64,000 nucleotides of DNA from Rhodospirillales bacterium. Its GTDB lineage: Bacteria > Pseudomonadota > Alphaproteobacteria > Rhodospirillales > UBA2165. The position numbers and the translations under genes are program-made. Below the pieces are notes generated by a model, which worked only from the letters and a program-made list of their open reading frames with translations, did not search any database and was not told the origin of the DNA. Positions within the stretch are counted from its first letter, which is position 1. Each line of letters begins with the position of its first letter. This document shows positions 26,714-36,713 of this stretch, one piece after another. The stretch spans positions 2,370,971 to 2,434,970 of the forward strand of contig OZ243926.1 in assembly GCA_965213765.1 (NCBI GenBank), written 5' to 3'.

Positions 26714-26742
26714 AATAGGTAATTTGGCAAGCTGGCAAACTA
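26714..26742. promoter_or_regulatory. Three phased TGGCAA repeats (candidate integrase arm-type sites, left arm)
   Basis: ttggcaag ctggcaaac tattggcaaac. The 21-mer ctggcaaactattggcaaaca recurs at 37940-37960. Confidence 0.4.
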
Positions 26743-26832
26743 TTGGCAAACAATTTGATTCGAACGGTATTCCTTCGGCCAGCGGGTGATGACCCAATGC
26801 ACCACCGCAATCGTTACCGTTCGGTTATCCTT

Positions 26833-27860
26833 TCAATTACCCACATCGTCGATTTTCAGGGTCGCGCCGAGGGCGATGTCGGTCAATCGAGAGAGGCCGC
26901 GCCACATGACGATGTTGCCGGGCGGCGGATCCTTGGCACGGTCGAGATAGCCGCCGAGCCTGGCGATCTTGATGAGGTAGAGCGAGAGCGTCCTGGCAGC
27001 AGGGGGATCGGCGGTGGAATCGGGTATCAGGCGATCGAGGATTTTCGTCTCCAACCCGGTCAGCACCAAGGCTGGTTCGAGGTTTGGCCTGGCGCGGTTG
27101 AGCATAGTCAGCCAGAACACGCGCCAGCTCAGGATACAGAACACCGCGAGCAGCCTGACCAACCGCTCGGCGGTTCGCAACCGGGCTTGTTCGGCCCGGC
27201 AGCCCGATTTCAGGATCTTGTGGAAGACCTCGATCTTCCAGCGCATGGCGTACCATTGCAGCTTCTCCACGGCGTCGTCGTGGCTGTCGACAGGCAGGTC
27301 GGTGATCAGCTTCCAGTCGATGCGGGGGCGACCGACCGGCTCTTCCGGCTCCCGGGCGTGCAACACCGTGAGCATGAGCGTCGGATAGCGCTTCTGTTTG
27401 GCGATCGGTGGCCGGACAGTCATGCGTCGGTAGGAGAGTTCAACCTGCGTGGAGCCAAGCTTGCCTTTGTCGTCGCGGACGGCGACCCGGTGCAGCCCGC
27501 GGACTTTCTCGTCGGTCATGATCGCTTCCACCGTGCGAGACCCGTCCTCGGCGAGCCTGTTGGCAAAGCGTCTGATGACGAAATGCGTGTCCAACTCCCG
27601 GGCCAGGCAGAACAACTCCCAGATGTCGCCTTCGCGGTCGCAGATGTGAACGCAGCGCGCGGGATCACCCAACAGTTCGGTGGATTGCCGGAGATTCTCC
27701 AGCCAGCGCATGCTCTCCTTGCCCTCGATCGGCACGCACGTTGGATTGATCTTCCTCTTGAGGGCGTTCGTCCCCTTGAACTTTTTCCGGGTCCAGAACT
27801 TTGCCGCGGAAATACCCAGTGGCAATCCGTCCGTCGTCACTGTCATCCAGCACAGGTGCG
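26833..27860 (-). mobile_element. IS4-family (Tn5-like) transposase, 5'-truncated
   Basis: ..DGLPLGISAAKFWTR.., ..CDREGDIWELF.., ..LQWYAMRWKIEVFHKILKSGCRAE.. The DNA-binding and first-Asp region is missing. Confidence 0.8.
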
Positions 27861-28010
27861 CCAGCCTGTTCGATCTGAACCGGACGGAAGAGGCGCTCGC
27901 GACCTGCGACCAGGCGATCGACCGGTTCGGGCAGGCGACACCACGCTCACCGCCAGCTTCCTTCCGGCCCGGCCGGTTCCGCCGTGCGCGAAGCCCAAAG
28001 ACCGGGCGCG

Positions 28011-28505
28011 CTAGCGCTGCCAGGTGCAATCGGCCCGGGTGACGAATAGATCGTTCGTCAGGTAATCGGCTTCGTATGAGCACGAACCCGTGACGCCTTC
28101 GAACCTGCCGGTCCCGCCCAGCATTTCGAGGCGTCCCGCGCCGCCTCCGCCCTGGGCGACGTCACCCGCGCTTCTCCTCGAATTCCAGAACTGCTTGTCG
28201 CCCGAGGGGTCCGTCGCGGTGCAGGACGCCCCGAGCTCGGTGCCCGCGGCCGAACTCTTTCCGTGTACGATGCACGTCACCCGGCTGGATCCCCCCTCGA
28301 TGAAGGGTCCGCCGCTGCTCCTGACGATGGTGCTCGTACCCTCCGAGGCGCCGCCGAAGATCGTTCCGCCCATGTGGGCGATCGTGGTGTAACCGCCGGT
28401 CATGCTCGAAACCGATGTGAAGCTGCCGGTTTCGGCGGCGGCCGGGCCGGCGCACACGATCCCGATGGAGATGAACAGCACCGTAATTCCCCTGCTGAAC
28501 GACAT
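28011..28505 (-). CDS. Secreted hypothetical protein
   Basis: MSFSRGITVLFISIGIVCAGPAAAETG.. signal peptide; Gly/Ser/Thr-rich with four Cys; GAGGA RBS. Confidence 0.55.
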   Translation of the reverse strand: MSFSRGITVLFISIGIVCAGPAAAETGSFTSVSSMTGGYTTIAHMGGTIFGGASEGTSTIVRSSGGPFIEGGSSRVTCIVHGKSSAAGTELGASCTATDPSGDKQFWNSRRSAGDVAQGGGGAGRLEMLGGTGRFEGVTGSCSYEADYLTNDLFVTRADCTWQR

Positions 28506-29082
28506 GGCGTTGGTCCTCGGTCTGTTGGAAGTGGTATGTCGATGGTAAACCAATAACCCGGATCCATCACGACGATTTCCGATGTGATTTTTTCGTTTTT
28601 GGCTCACGTCGCTCGATTTCCGGCACACATTTTCCAGTTTTGGGCGCAGCCAGGATTTTGGGGAGGACATAGTCGCGCGTTTTCAATTTATGCGGCATAT
28701 TTTGTGCCGCCTGGACGTGTTTGAGTGACCCCCGCCTGGGAGTTTCTGGATTTCCGGGTTTTCAGGGAAGAGGGCGCTTACGTGGGAGCGAGGGCCCGCC
28801 ATGCGGTGAAGAAGTCGTCTTTGTATGGATAGGCGTCGGGCACCATTGCATAGCCACGGTATTTCATATAGAAGGCGTGCCGTCGCTGGAGGCGCGATAT
28901 TTTATGCATTCGGCGGCTTTTTGGTCGTCGGCAATGGTTGGGGAAACCATGACGGGCATGTTGACGAAGCCGCTGGCCGGCCGGAATGACATGGCTTGCG
29001 GCGATTTTGTTGAGTCGCTCTGCTGCGGCGCAAGAAACTTGCGGCATCTCTTGACATTGGCGGCGGGTGAGGCGGATAAAAT

Positions 29083-29122
29083 GAGCCGCCGAGCCGCCGA
29101 GCCGCCGAGCCGCCGAGCCGCC
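29083..29122. repeat. Octanucleotide tandem repeat (GAGCCGCC)x5
   Basis: Five perfect head-to-tail 8-bp units read directly from the sequence. Confidence 0.95.
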
Positions 29123-29494
29123 GGCGATGAGTCCGTCCGGCCCGCGGCGGGGCCGGTTACGCCGATGGATATGCCCGCCTGAGTTTGCGCGAACCGTTGC
29201 GGACGGGCCGCATCCGGCCGCCAACCCGGTTCCTCCGCCAGCCTCGAACCCTCCTGCCATTGCAGGCCGGCAGTCCGATCAGCCGCCTCGACGACATTCT
29301 CCAAATGCCTTTCGGGCAGGCGCTGGCCCGCACCCCCGACGCTTCATCCTTACTGCCCGGCGGTAATGGGTTTGCGCTATATGCCGCCGCGCGGCGGAAG
29401 CGGAGCGCCTCGGCTCCGCGGATGGCGCGGCCTCCTGTCGGCAGCCTTCAGGGCCTGTCATGCCCTTGTCCCTGCGGCTCCTAAAGGTGGGCAG

Positions 29495-31345
29495 GCCAAC
29501 ATCACGTTTACCGACGCCACTATCACCATCAATGACGATGACGCGGCGCCGAGCGGCATCACGCTGAGCGTGGACACCAACGGTTCGACCTCGGGCACGC
29601 CGAGCACGGTGGCGGAGGACGCCGGGGCCACGGTGGTCACGGTAACGGCGACGGTGAACGGCACCACGCGTTACGTGGACGCCAAGACCGTGGCGGTGAG
29701 CGTGGATGACGGCACCGCGGAATCGCCCGCCGATTATGCGGCGGTGAGCGGCTTCAACATCACGATTGCCGCGGGCGCGGCCAGCCAGAGCGGCAGTTTC
29801 ACCGTGACGCCGGTGGACGACGACCTCGACGAGGCCAACGAGACGATCGACGTCACCGGCACGCTGACCGACATCACGATCACCGCCGCGACGGTGACGC
29901 TGACCGACACCGACGACCCGGTGAGCTTCTCGATCGCCGATGCCGAGGCCACCGAGGGCGGCAAGGTGGAGTTCACGGTGAGCCGCGAAGGGGCCGGGGA
30001 CAACGTGGCGTCGGTGAAGGTGACCACGGCCACGGACAGCGGCGATGGGGCCGATGCCGCCGATGCGGACGACTACACCGCCATCGCCACGGCGCAGACA
30101 TTGAACTTTGCCAAGGGCGTCGCCAGTCAGACGGTGGAGGTGCAGACCACGCAGGACGACCTGTTCGAGCCGGACGAGACGTTCAAGGCGGTCCTGAGCG
30201 CCCCGGCGCTTGGGGAGAACGACCCCGGCACCGGGGTGAGCATTGAGTCGGGCAAGGGCACGGCCACGGGGACAATCAAGAACGACGACACCGAGCCGTC
30301 GTTTGCGGTGGCGGACGCCAGCGCGTCGGAGGGCGATGCCATCACCTTCACGGTGACCCGCTCCGGGGCGATGGACAACGCGGTGTCGGTGAAGTGGAAC
30401 ACCAAGGCGGCGACCGGGGCGGGCGCGGCTTCGATCAGCGATTACACCGCTGTGACGGCGCCGGCGACGCTGACCTTCGCCAAGGGCGTGAGCAGCCAGA
30501 CCTTCACGGTCGCCACCACGGAGGACACGCTGGATGAGGGCAACGAGACCTTCCTGGTGGAGCTGACCGGGGCGGTGGGCGGCACGATTGCCACGGCCGA
30601 GGCCACCGGCACCATCAATGACGATGACGCGGCGCCGAGCGGCATCACGCTGAGCGTGGACACGAACGGTTCGACCGCGGGCACGCCGAGCACGGTGGCG
30701 GAGGACGCCGGGGCCACGGTGGTCACGGTGACGGCGACGGTGAACGGCACGACCCGCTACGTGGATGCCAAGACCGTGGTGGTGAGCGTGGATGACGGCA
30801 CCGCGGAATCGCCCGCCGATTATGCGGCGGTGAGCGGCTTCAACATCACGATTGCCGCGGGCGCGGCCAGCCAGAGCGGCAGTTTCACCGTGACGCCGGT
30901 GGACGACGACCTCGACGAGGCCAACGAGACGATCGACGTCACCGGCACGCTGACGCCCACCGATGACGACCTGCACGAGGGCAGCGAGACGATTGACGTT
31001 ACCGGTACCTCGAACGCGCTCACCATCACCAAGGCTTCGATCACCCTTGAAGACGACGACGCTCAACCGTCGTTTGCGGTGGCCGACGCGAGCGCGTCGG
31101 AGGGCGACGCGATCACCTTTACGGTGACCCGTAGCGGGGCGATGGACAACGCGGTGTCGGTGAAGTGGAACACCAAGGCGGCCACCGGGGCGGGCGCGGC
31201 TTCGACCACCGACTACACCGCGATGCCCACGGCGACGAAGCTGGATTTCGCCAAGGGCGTGGGCAGCCAGACCTTCGCGGTCGCCACCACCGAGGACACG
31301 CTGAACGAGGCCAACGAGACCTTCCTGATAGAGCTGACCGATCCC
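29495..31345 (+). pseudogene. Calx-beta repeat adhesin-like gene fragment (both ends missing) with a 1086-bp internal tandem duplication
   Basis: Repeated ..ADYAAVSG..ITIAAGAASQSGSFTVTPVDDDLDEANETIDV.. and ..DYTA....L.FAKGV.SQTF.V.TTEDTL.E.NETF.. units. No signal peptide. Blocks 29528-29868 and 30614-30954 are near-identical. Confidence 0.8.
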
Positions 31346-31485
31346 GTCGGCATCACGGTGAGCACGTTGCGGCCGGCCAGGAGCGCCTCGATGGCCGCTT
31401 CCTGGCCCGGCCGGAACCCGTCGAACCCAAATACATCCCTCAGCACCTGGCGTGCGGCGGCTGTCGGTTCCTCCAACGTGCGCAT
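31342..31485 (-). pseudogene. RecQ helicase N-terminal stub (about 48 aa)
   Basis: MRTLEEPTAAARQVLRDVFGFDGFRPGQEAAIEALLAGRNVLTVMPTG, then the homology stops where the Calx-beta fragment abuts. Confidence 0.6.
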
Positions 31486-31528
31486 CAGTGCCGAAACCGG
31501 GAGAGGTCAACCAGGGATCAGGCGGAGA

Positions 31529-31813
31529 TCACGCGCCCGCCGCCCTCTTCAACGCGGCGGACGGCCGGAATTTGAGAACCTTGGAGGCCTTGATCCGGAT
31601 CGCTTCGCCCGTCCGCGGATTGCGGCCCTTGCGCGCCGGACGCCTGGTAATGGTGAAGGTGCCGAAGTTGCCGATGGTGTAGCGGCCTTCCTTCTTCGAC
31701 TTCTTCAGCCCGGCCTCGATCTCGCCCAGGACAAGGTCGACCGTGCGCTTGGCCTCCGCCTTGCTCATGTTGCCCTTCGCGGCGATGTTCTCGATGAATG
31801 CGGCTCTGCTCAT
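31529..31813 (-). CDS. HU/IHF-family nucleoid-associated DNA-binding protein
   Basis: ..FGTFTITRRPARKGRNPRTGEAIRIKASKVLKFRPSAALK. Confidence 0.9.
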   Translation of the reverse strand: MSRAAFIENIAAKGNMSKAEAKRTVDLVLGEIEAGLKKSKKEGRYTIGNFGTFTITRRPARKGRNPRTGEAIRIKASKVLKFRPSAALKRAAGA

Positions 31814-32033
31814 GATGTGTGGCCTCTTTGTTTTCCGAACCGAAACTGTCTCACAAGGCCGCTACATATAGTGGCCTCATGCCTGTGTGTATACTATAAA
31901 CGGCTCCAGGTTGCATATGATCGCGGCTCCCTGTTCGAACCGCGCGGCTGGGCGGTAATGCAGGAAGCAGCCACGGCGGCGTTTCTCCAAGGAAGCCGCG
32001 CACCGGATTCGCGTGCTTGAAGAACTATAGCGG

Positions 32034-32375
32034 ATGCGCTATATGGTGGAGATGGACTGGACGGTCGAAACCGTGTCGGCCGTTGACGCCGAAATCGCGG
32101 CCTTGCCGGTAGCGTTGCGCGCGCGGTTGTTGCGGCTGCTTGAGACGGTGGAGAATGTCGGGCTGGAGACTCTTCGCGCACCGCATGTCAAACATCTCGA
32201 TGGGAAGCTCTGGGAGCTTCGGGTGCGGGCAGACGGCGGTATCGCACGAGGGATCTACGTAACGGCGGCGGGCCGGCGGGTGGTGGTGTTGCACGTCTTC
32301 GCGAAGAAATCGCGCAAGACGCCGCGCCGAGCGCTCGCGACCGCCAGGGAGCGGATGAAGCAGGTGATGACATGA
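32034..32375 (+). CDS. RelE/ParE-superfamily toxin (Gp49/HigB-like)
   Basis: ..HVKHLDGKLWELRVRADGGIARGIYVTAAGRRVVVLHVFAKKSRKTPRRALATARERM. Confidence 0.8.
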   Translation: MRYMVEMDWTVETVSAVDAEIAALPVALRARLLRLLETVENVGLETLRAPHVKHLDGKLWELRVRADGGIARGIYVTAAGRRVVVLHVFAKKSRKTPRRALATARERMKQVMT

Positions 32376-32656
32376 CGAAGCTGAGGGATCTGAAGGCGCG
32401 CTTGATGGAGGATCCGGAGTTCCGGGAGGAATACGTGCGCGTCGACGAGGAGTATGCGCTCATTGAGGCGTTGGTCCGCGCCCGCGCGGCGGCGAAGCTG
32501 ACGCAGGCGGAGCTTGCCCGGCGGCTCGGCACGACCCAGTCGGCGGTCGCTCGGCTGGAAGGCGGACGGGTGTCTCCGTCCTTCGCGACCCTTCGCCGCT
32601 ATGCCGAAGCGACCGGCACGCGGCTGACCGTGGGCCTTGTGCCGGCTGACGGCTGA
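32372..32656 (+). CDS. XRE-family HTH antitoxin (HigA-like)
   Basis: ATGA overlap with the toxin gene; ..KLTQAELARRLGTTQSAVARLEGGRVSPSFATLRRYAEATG. Confidence 0.85.
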   Translation: MTKLRDLKARLMEDPEFREEYVRVDEEYALIEALVRARAAAKLTQAELARRLGTTQSAVARLEGGRVSPSFATLRRYAEATGTRLTVGLVPADG

Positions 32657-33045
32657 GGCATTGCGCTCGGGCTGGCGGAGCGGCAGGGGCACGCCTGGAT
32701 GAAGCGGCTGGACGCCGGCGGCTACGATCTGGGCCGGGGCAAGCGCGTCCTGGCAAGGGACGGCCGGTTGGTGCGCCGCTACGGGATCACCGTGCCGAAA
32801 ACGATGCATGGATAGCCTCTCGCCTTGCTACGATGGCCGCCAGGCCGGGCCCGGATATTCATCGATCAGTAACTTCAACGCGATCCGGCCGGCTGAGTTG
32901 GATGTCGGATGACGCCTTCGGCTGATCCGACCTGGATCAGTTGCCCGATGTCGTCGCCACATCGACGATCTTGCCGGTCCGCGTCATGGTGCTCGGGAAT
33001 CCCACCCGCTCGCCACAGTGTCATCGGGAATAGCGGCTGGGCCGC

Positions 33046-33450
33046 TCACGATGCCGTCTCATCGGGTTGCTCATTCCGCTTTCGCCTTTGTTCGAGGCCC
33101 TGCATCGTGACCTCGTCCAGTTCCGGCTCGTCCCACTTCCCGGCCTCCATCGCCGCCCGTTCGAGCATGCCGAGGAACTCCATGTCGCCGGATTTAAGGT
33201 TGACGGTATAGAGGCGGTTGACGATCTGGCGCATCAGCTCGCGCATCTCGTCCTGTTCGATGTGCGCCACCTCCGTCCAGGGAATCCGCCGGCCGTTCGC
33301 ATCGATCACCACGACATCGGAGAAATCCCCGGTATGGGTCACCGGATGAATCCCGCCATGGAAGTCTTCGAGAATCGTATTGCGAACGCACATGACGGCC
33401 ATGGCCTTCGCCGGAAAGGATGCGACCGCGACTTCGTGTTCCCCCACCAT
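33046..33450 (-). CDS. Hypothetical protein (possibly frameshifted at the 5' end)
   Basis: 134-aa ORF. A second frame (33339..33575) reads into it, suggesting a longer ancestral gene. Confidence 0.4.
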   Translation of the reverse strand: MVGEHEVAVASFPAKAMAVMCVRNTILEDFHGGIHPVTHTGDFSDVVVIDANGRRIPWTEVAHIEQDEMRELMRQIVNRLYTVNLKSGDMEFLGMLERAAMEAGKWDEPELDEVTMQGLEQRRKRNEQPDETAS

Positions 33451-33651
33451 GCCCCGGCGCCCCGCTCCTTGCTATCCATCTGCCGTCCGAAAGCATAGCC
33501 GCCCGTCGGTTTCACGGCAACGTACGCCCAGGCAAGACGGCCGTCGACCGTGAGAGCGGCTGCGGCGGCGTCCACCGCATGGCTGGGACATTACGGGCTC
33601 CTGTGGAACGATATTTTACAAATCGGAATTTCCTAGTTTAGGGTCTTAGAT

Positions 33652-34104
33652 TTATTTCCCGTAGCGCGGCTTGCGACGCATTTTTGCCGCTCGCTCTACA
33701 CCGAGCTGCGGTAGGACAACCCATCGCAAATCCATTTTTCGGACGCGGGCAATGGCACTGAGCCATGCGGACTTATGGTCTTCGCGGTCCATGTCCAAGG
33801 GCTTGCCGACCTGCTCCCACGTCAGCAAATACGCTAGATTGCATCCGCCTATTTGCCGAGTGGCTCCAGCTGTCGGACCATATCGCCGGATCGGCAGGAT
33901 ATCCGCCCGACCTGAAATAAGGTGATGCCGGAAAACACGCTGCCGGATGCCCTGGGCGGCACTGCCGATGTACATCACCTCATTGCCTTCGGTGAACATG
34001 TAGACTCCCGGTTCTTCTGGGAATTTGTCAGCTACCAAGTCGCCAGCCTTGTGGGGCGTGGCGTCCAAGAGGGCTTGCACATAGTCGTCAACCGGAGCCG
34101 TCAT
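33652..34104 (-). CDS. GIY-YIG-like nuclease-domain protein
   Basis: ..EEPGVYMFTEGNEVMYIGSAAQGIRQRVFRHH.. resembles the GIY-(10-11)-YIG..R motif. Confidence 0.5.
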   Translation of the reverse strand: MTAPVDDYVQALLDATPHKAGDLVADKFPEEPGVYMFTEGNEVMYIGSAAQGIRQRVFRHHLISGRADILPIRRYGPTAGATRQIGGCNLAYLLTWEQVGKPLDMDREDHKSAWLSAIARVRKMDLRWVVLPQLGVERAAKMRRKPRYGK

Positions 34105-34147
34105 TCATCGTCTCCCAGCGACAGCGGGATGTTACAAATTGCGCCCA

Positions 34148-35329
34148 TCAGGATTCCCTCCGATCTTCCATTCGCTCCAGCATTTCGCTCAGGTCGGTCA
34201 GGGGAACCACCTCTCCGTCCCGCCGGGATTGTCGATCCGCACCTCCATAGACAACAGTCCTGGTGGCGATTTCCGGGAGCTCTTTCGCTACCCGGTTGAG
34301 CGAATCGAACCAGTCGGAAGCGACCGTCGCACCGGACTTAATCTCTATCGCCGCCATGCCGTGGCCGTTCTCATACAGCAGGTCGCACTCGATACCACGG
34401 CTGTCCCGGAAGAAGGACAGGTTGGATCGGCGGCCCCGATTGAAACGGTGCTTGAGCGCCTCCACCACGACGGCATTCTCGAACAGCGGCCCGCGAAGCG
34501 GGTGCGTGCCGATCTGTGCGGCGTGTTCAATACCGATGAGGTGACTCGCCAGCCCGACATCGTAGAAGTAGATCTTCGGCGACTTGACCAGCCGCTTGCG
34601 GATATTGGCATGAAACGGCGGGAGCCGGAACACGACATAGCTCGCCTCCAGAACCGTCAGCCAATGGCTTGCCGTGGTGTGGGACACCCCGGCATCCGCA
34701 CCCAGGGACGAGAGATTGACCAGTTGCCCTATGCGCCCGGCGCACAGGCGGACAAACCTGCGGAAGTGTTCAAGATTCCGGATCTCGCCGATCCTGCGCA
34801 CGTCGCGCTCGACGTAGGTCTCGAAATAGTCGCCAAGCGCCTGCCGAGGCTCGAGCTTCCGGTTGTGAATCCGGGGATAGAAGCCGGAATACAGGATGTC
34901 GTCGATGTTGTCGCTCGCGCCCGTCCGCCGCCGTTCGGCCAGCGAGAACGGCAGCAGGCGAAGCAAGGCCGTGCGCCCGGCAAGCGACTGGCTTATGGCG
35001 TCGGAGAGCCGGAATTGCTCGCTCCCGGTCAGAACGAACAAGCTGTTCCGCCCCGCCTCGTCCGCCAGAACCTGCAGAAAGGACAGAAGTTCGGGGACAC
35101 GCTGGATTTCATCAAGGATGGCCCCTTCGCCAAGCCGCGCAAGAAACCCCCGCGGATCGGATTCGGCGAATTCCCGCTGATCGGGCGCTTCCAGATTGAC
35201 ATAGTCGAGATGCGGGAAGGCAGCGCGGCAGAGCGTGGTCTTGCCGGATTGCCGCGGTCCGGTCACCGTGACGAAGGGGTATTGCTTGAACAGGCCGACG
35301 AGGCAGGGTGCGATCTCGCGCTCGATCAT
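34148..35329 (-). CDS. AAA-type ATPase with DUF4143 domain (COG1373-like)
   Basis: MIEREIAP..VTVTGPRQSGKTTL.. Walker A, ..ILDEIQRVPEL.. Walker B, DUF4143-like C-terminus. Confidence 0.85.
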   Translation of the reverse strand: MIEREIAPCLVGLFKQYPFVTVTGPRQSGKTTLCRAAFPHLDYVNLEAPDQREFAESDPRGFLARLGEGAILDEIQRVPELLSFLQVLADEAGRNSLFVLTGSEQFRLSDAISQSLAGRTALLRLLPFSLAERRRTGASDNIDDILYSGFYPRIHNRKLEPRQALGDYFETYVERDVRRIGEIRNLEHFRRFVRLCAGRIGQLVNLSSLGADAGVSHTTASHWLTVLEASYVVFRLPPFHANIRKRLVKSPKIYFYDVGLASHLIGIEHAAQIGTHPLRGPLFENAVVVEALKHRFNRGRRSNLSFFRDSRGIECDLLYENGHGMAAIEIKSGATVASDWFDSLNRVAKELPEIATRTVVYGGADRQSRRDGEVVPLTDLSEMLERMEDRRES

Positions 35330-35355
35330 GGCGCACAGTACCGGATGATCGCGCA

Positions 35356-35385
35356 ATTTGCAAATACTATTTGCAAATTGCAAAT
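35356..35385. promoter_or_regulatory. Clustered ATTTGCAAAT palindromes upstream of the ATPase gene (candidate operator)
   Basis: Perfect 10-bp palindromes at 35356-35365 and 35369-35378, plus an overlapping 9-bp variant at 35377-35385. They lie 27-56 nt upstream of ATG 35329. Confidence 0.4.
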
Positions 35386-35554
35386 CAAGGTGGCCGAGGA
35401 TAGCCCTTCCACCGAGGCGATGGCGCGGGGCCTTCCGGAGTTGACGTACGGTCCGCCAACCTCAAAGACGACCGCCATGCCATACAGGTAAGTTGATGGG
35501 CCGACCGCGGCCCGCTCAGACGCGGCTGACGGTCCAGACCACCCGGCCGACCAC

Positions 35555-36529
35555 ATGGGCGTCTTCGGCGAGGCAGGTATGGGCACCAACGCGATCATGC
35601 GCGAGACCGGCAAGTCCAAGACTTGCGTCTGGCGCTGGCAGGAGCGCTTTGCTGAAGAGGGCGTAGAGGGCCTGCTGCGCGACAAGACCAGACCCTCGCG
35701 AATTGCGCCGCTGCCGCCCGAGGTGGCCGGGCGGGTGGTGGAACTGACCTTCACCGAGCCGCCCGCCGAGGCCACGCACTGGACCGGAGCGATGATGGCC
35801 GAGGCAGTCGGGATCAGCGTCAGTTCGGTACACCGCATCTGGCGGGCCCACGGCCTGCGGCCGCACCGGGTGCGCCAGTTCAAGCTCTCCAACGATCCCG
35901 AGTTCGTCACCAAGCTGCGCGACGTGGTCGGGCTCTATGTCGATCCCCCCGCCCACGCCATCGTCCTCTCGGTCGATGAGAAGTCGCAGATCCAAGCCCT
36001 CGATCGCACTCAGCCCGGCCTGCCCCTGAAGAAGGGTCGGGCCGGCACCATGACCCACGACTACAAACGCAACGGTACCACCACCCTGTTTGCCGCCCTC
36101 AACGTGCTCGACGGCACCGTGATCGGGCGCTGTATGCAGCGCCACCGTCACCAGGAATTCCTCCGCTTCTTGAAGGCCGTCGAGCGTGAGGCGCCAGTCG
36201 GCAAGATGGTGCACGTGATCCTCGACAACTATGCCGCCCACAAGCATCCCAAGGTGCGCGCCTGGCTCGCCCGTCATCCGCGCTTCGTCTTCCACTTCGT
36301 GCCGACCTCGTGCTCCTGGCTCAACGCCGTCGAGGGATACTTCGCCAAGCTCTCCAGACGCCGTCTCAAGCGCGGTGTCTTCAGATCCGTGGTCGACCTG
36401 CAAACCGCCATCAATCGATTCATCGACGAGACCAATGATGACCCCAAGCCCTTCGTCTGGACCGCCGATCCCGACAAAATTATCGCCGCCGTCAAACGGG
36501 GGCATCAAATGTTAGATTCAATCCACTAG
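35555..36529 (+). mobile_element. IS630-family transposase, probably 5'-truncated element
   Basis: ..THWTGAMMAEAVGIS..SVDEKSQIQALDR..ILDNYAAHKHPKV..FVPTSCSWLNAVEGYF.. The usual N-terminal ~30 aa are missing, and no left-end partner was found for the right end ..ttagattcaatccactag. Confidence 0.85.
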
Positions 36530-36713
36530 CGCAGCTTCTGCTCGAGGATACACGGGTCGTATTGCCGGAATCCGTCCACCGGGATCTTCGCGTTTTCGTC
36601 GACCTGGTTCACGCGGACCAAACTCTCGATCCCACGACATTTGACGTTCCCTTCACCCGAGACGAGGCAACCGATCTTCTCCGCACGGTGTACGGGCTGA
36701 CATAGTCGGAGCG

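Noticed and set aside
26743-28014. 423-aa plus-strand ORF
   Set aside because: It is antisense to the IS4-family transposase fragment. Only a short TPR-like stretch near 27860-27960 might be a real remnant, and that is too weak to call.
28700-29370. Overlapping minus-strand ORFs (28778..29260 and 28864..29304)
   Set aside because: Pieces such as ..YMKYRGYAMVPDAYPYKDDFFTAWRALAPT look protein-like, but the frames switch and no start or family could be assigned. They are probably gene debris and are left unannotated.
29279-31510. 743-aa minus-strand ORF and a possible CRISPR-like array in the 29.5-31.3 kb repeats
   Set aside because: The repeats are 340-bp-scale duplications of Calx-beta coding sequence with no short repeat/spacer periodicity. 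The minus-strand ORF is the Arg/Gly-rich antisense of that coding sequence.
31346-32020. 3' continuation of the 884-aa ORF 29366..32020
   Set aside because: Calx-beta periodicity stops at about 31345. The remainder is antisense to the recQ stub and the HU gene.
34139-36508. 450-aa plus-strand ORF over the ATPase gene and 330-aa minus-strand ORF over the IS630 transposase
   Set aside because: Both are mirror-frame artefacts of genes with clear motifs on the other strand.
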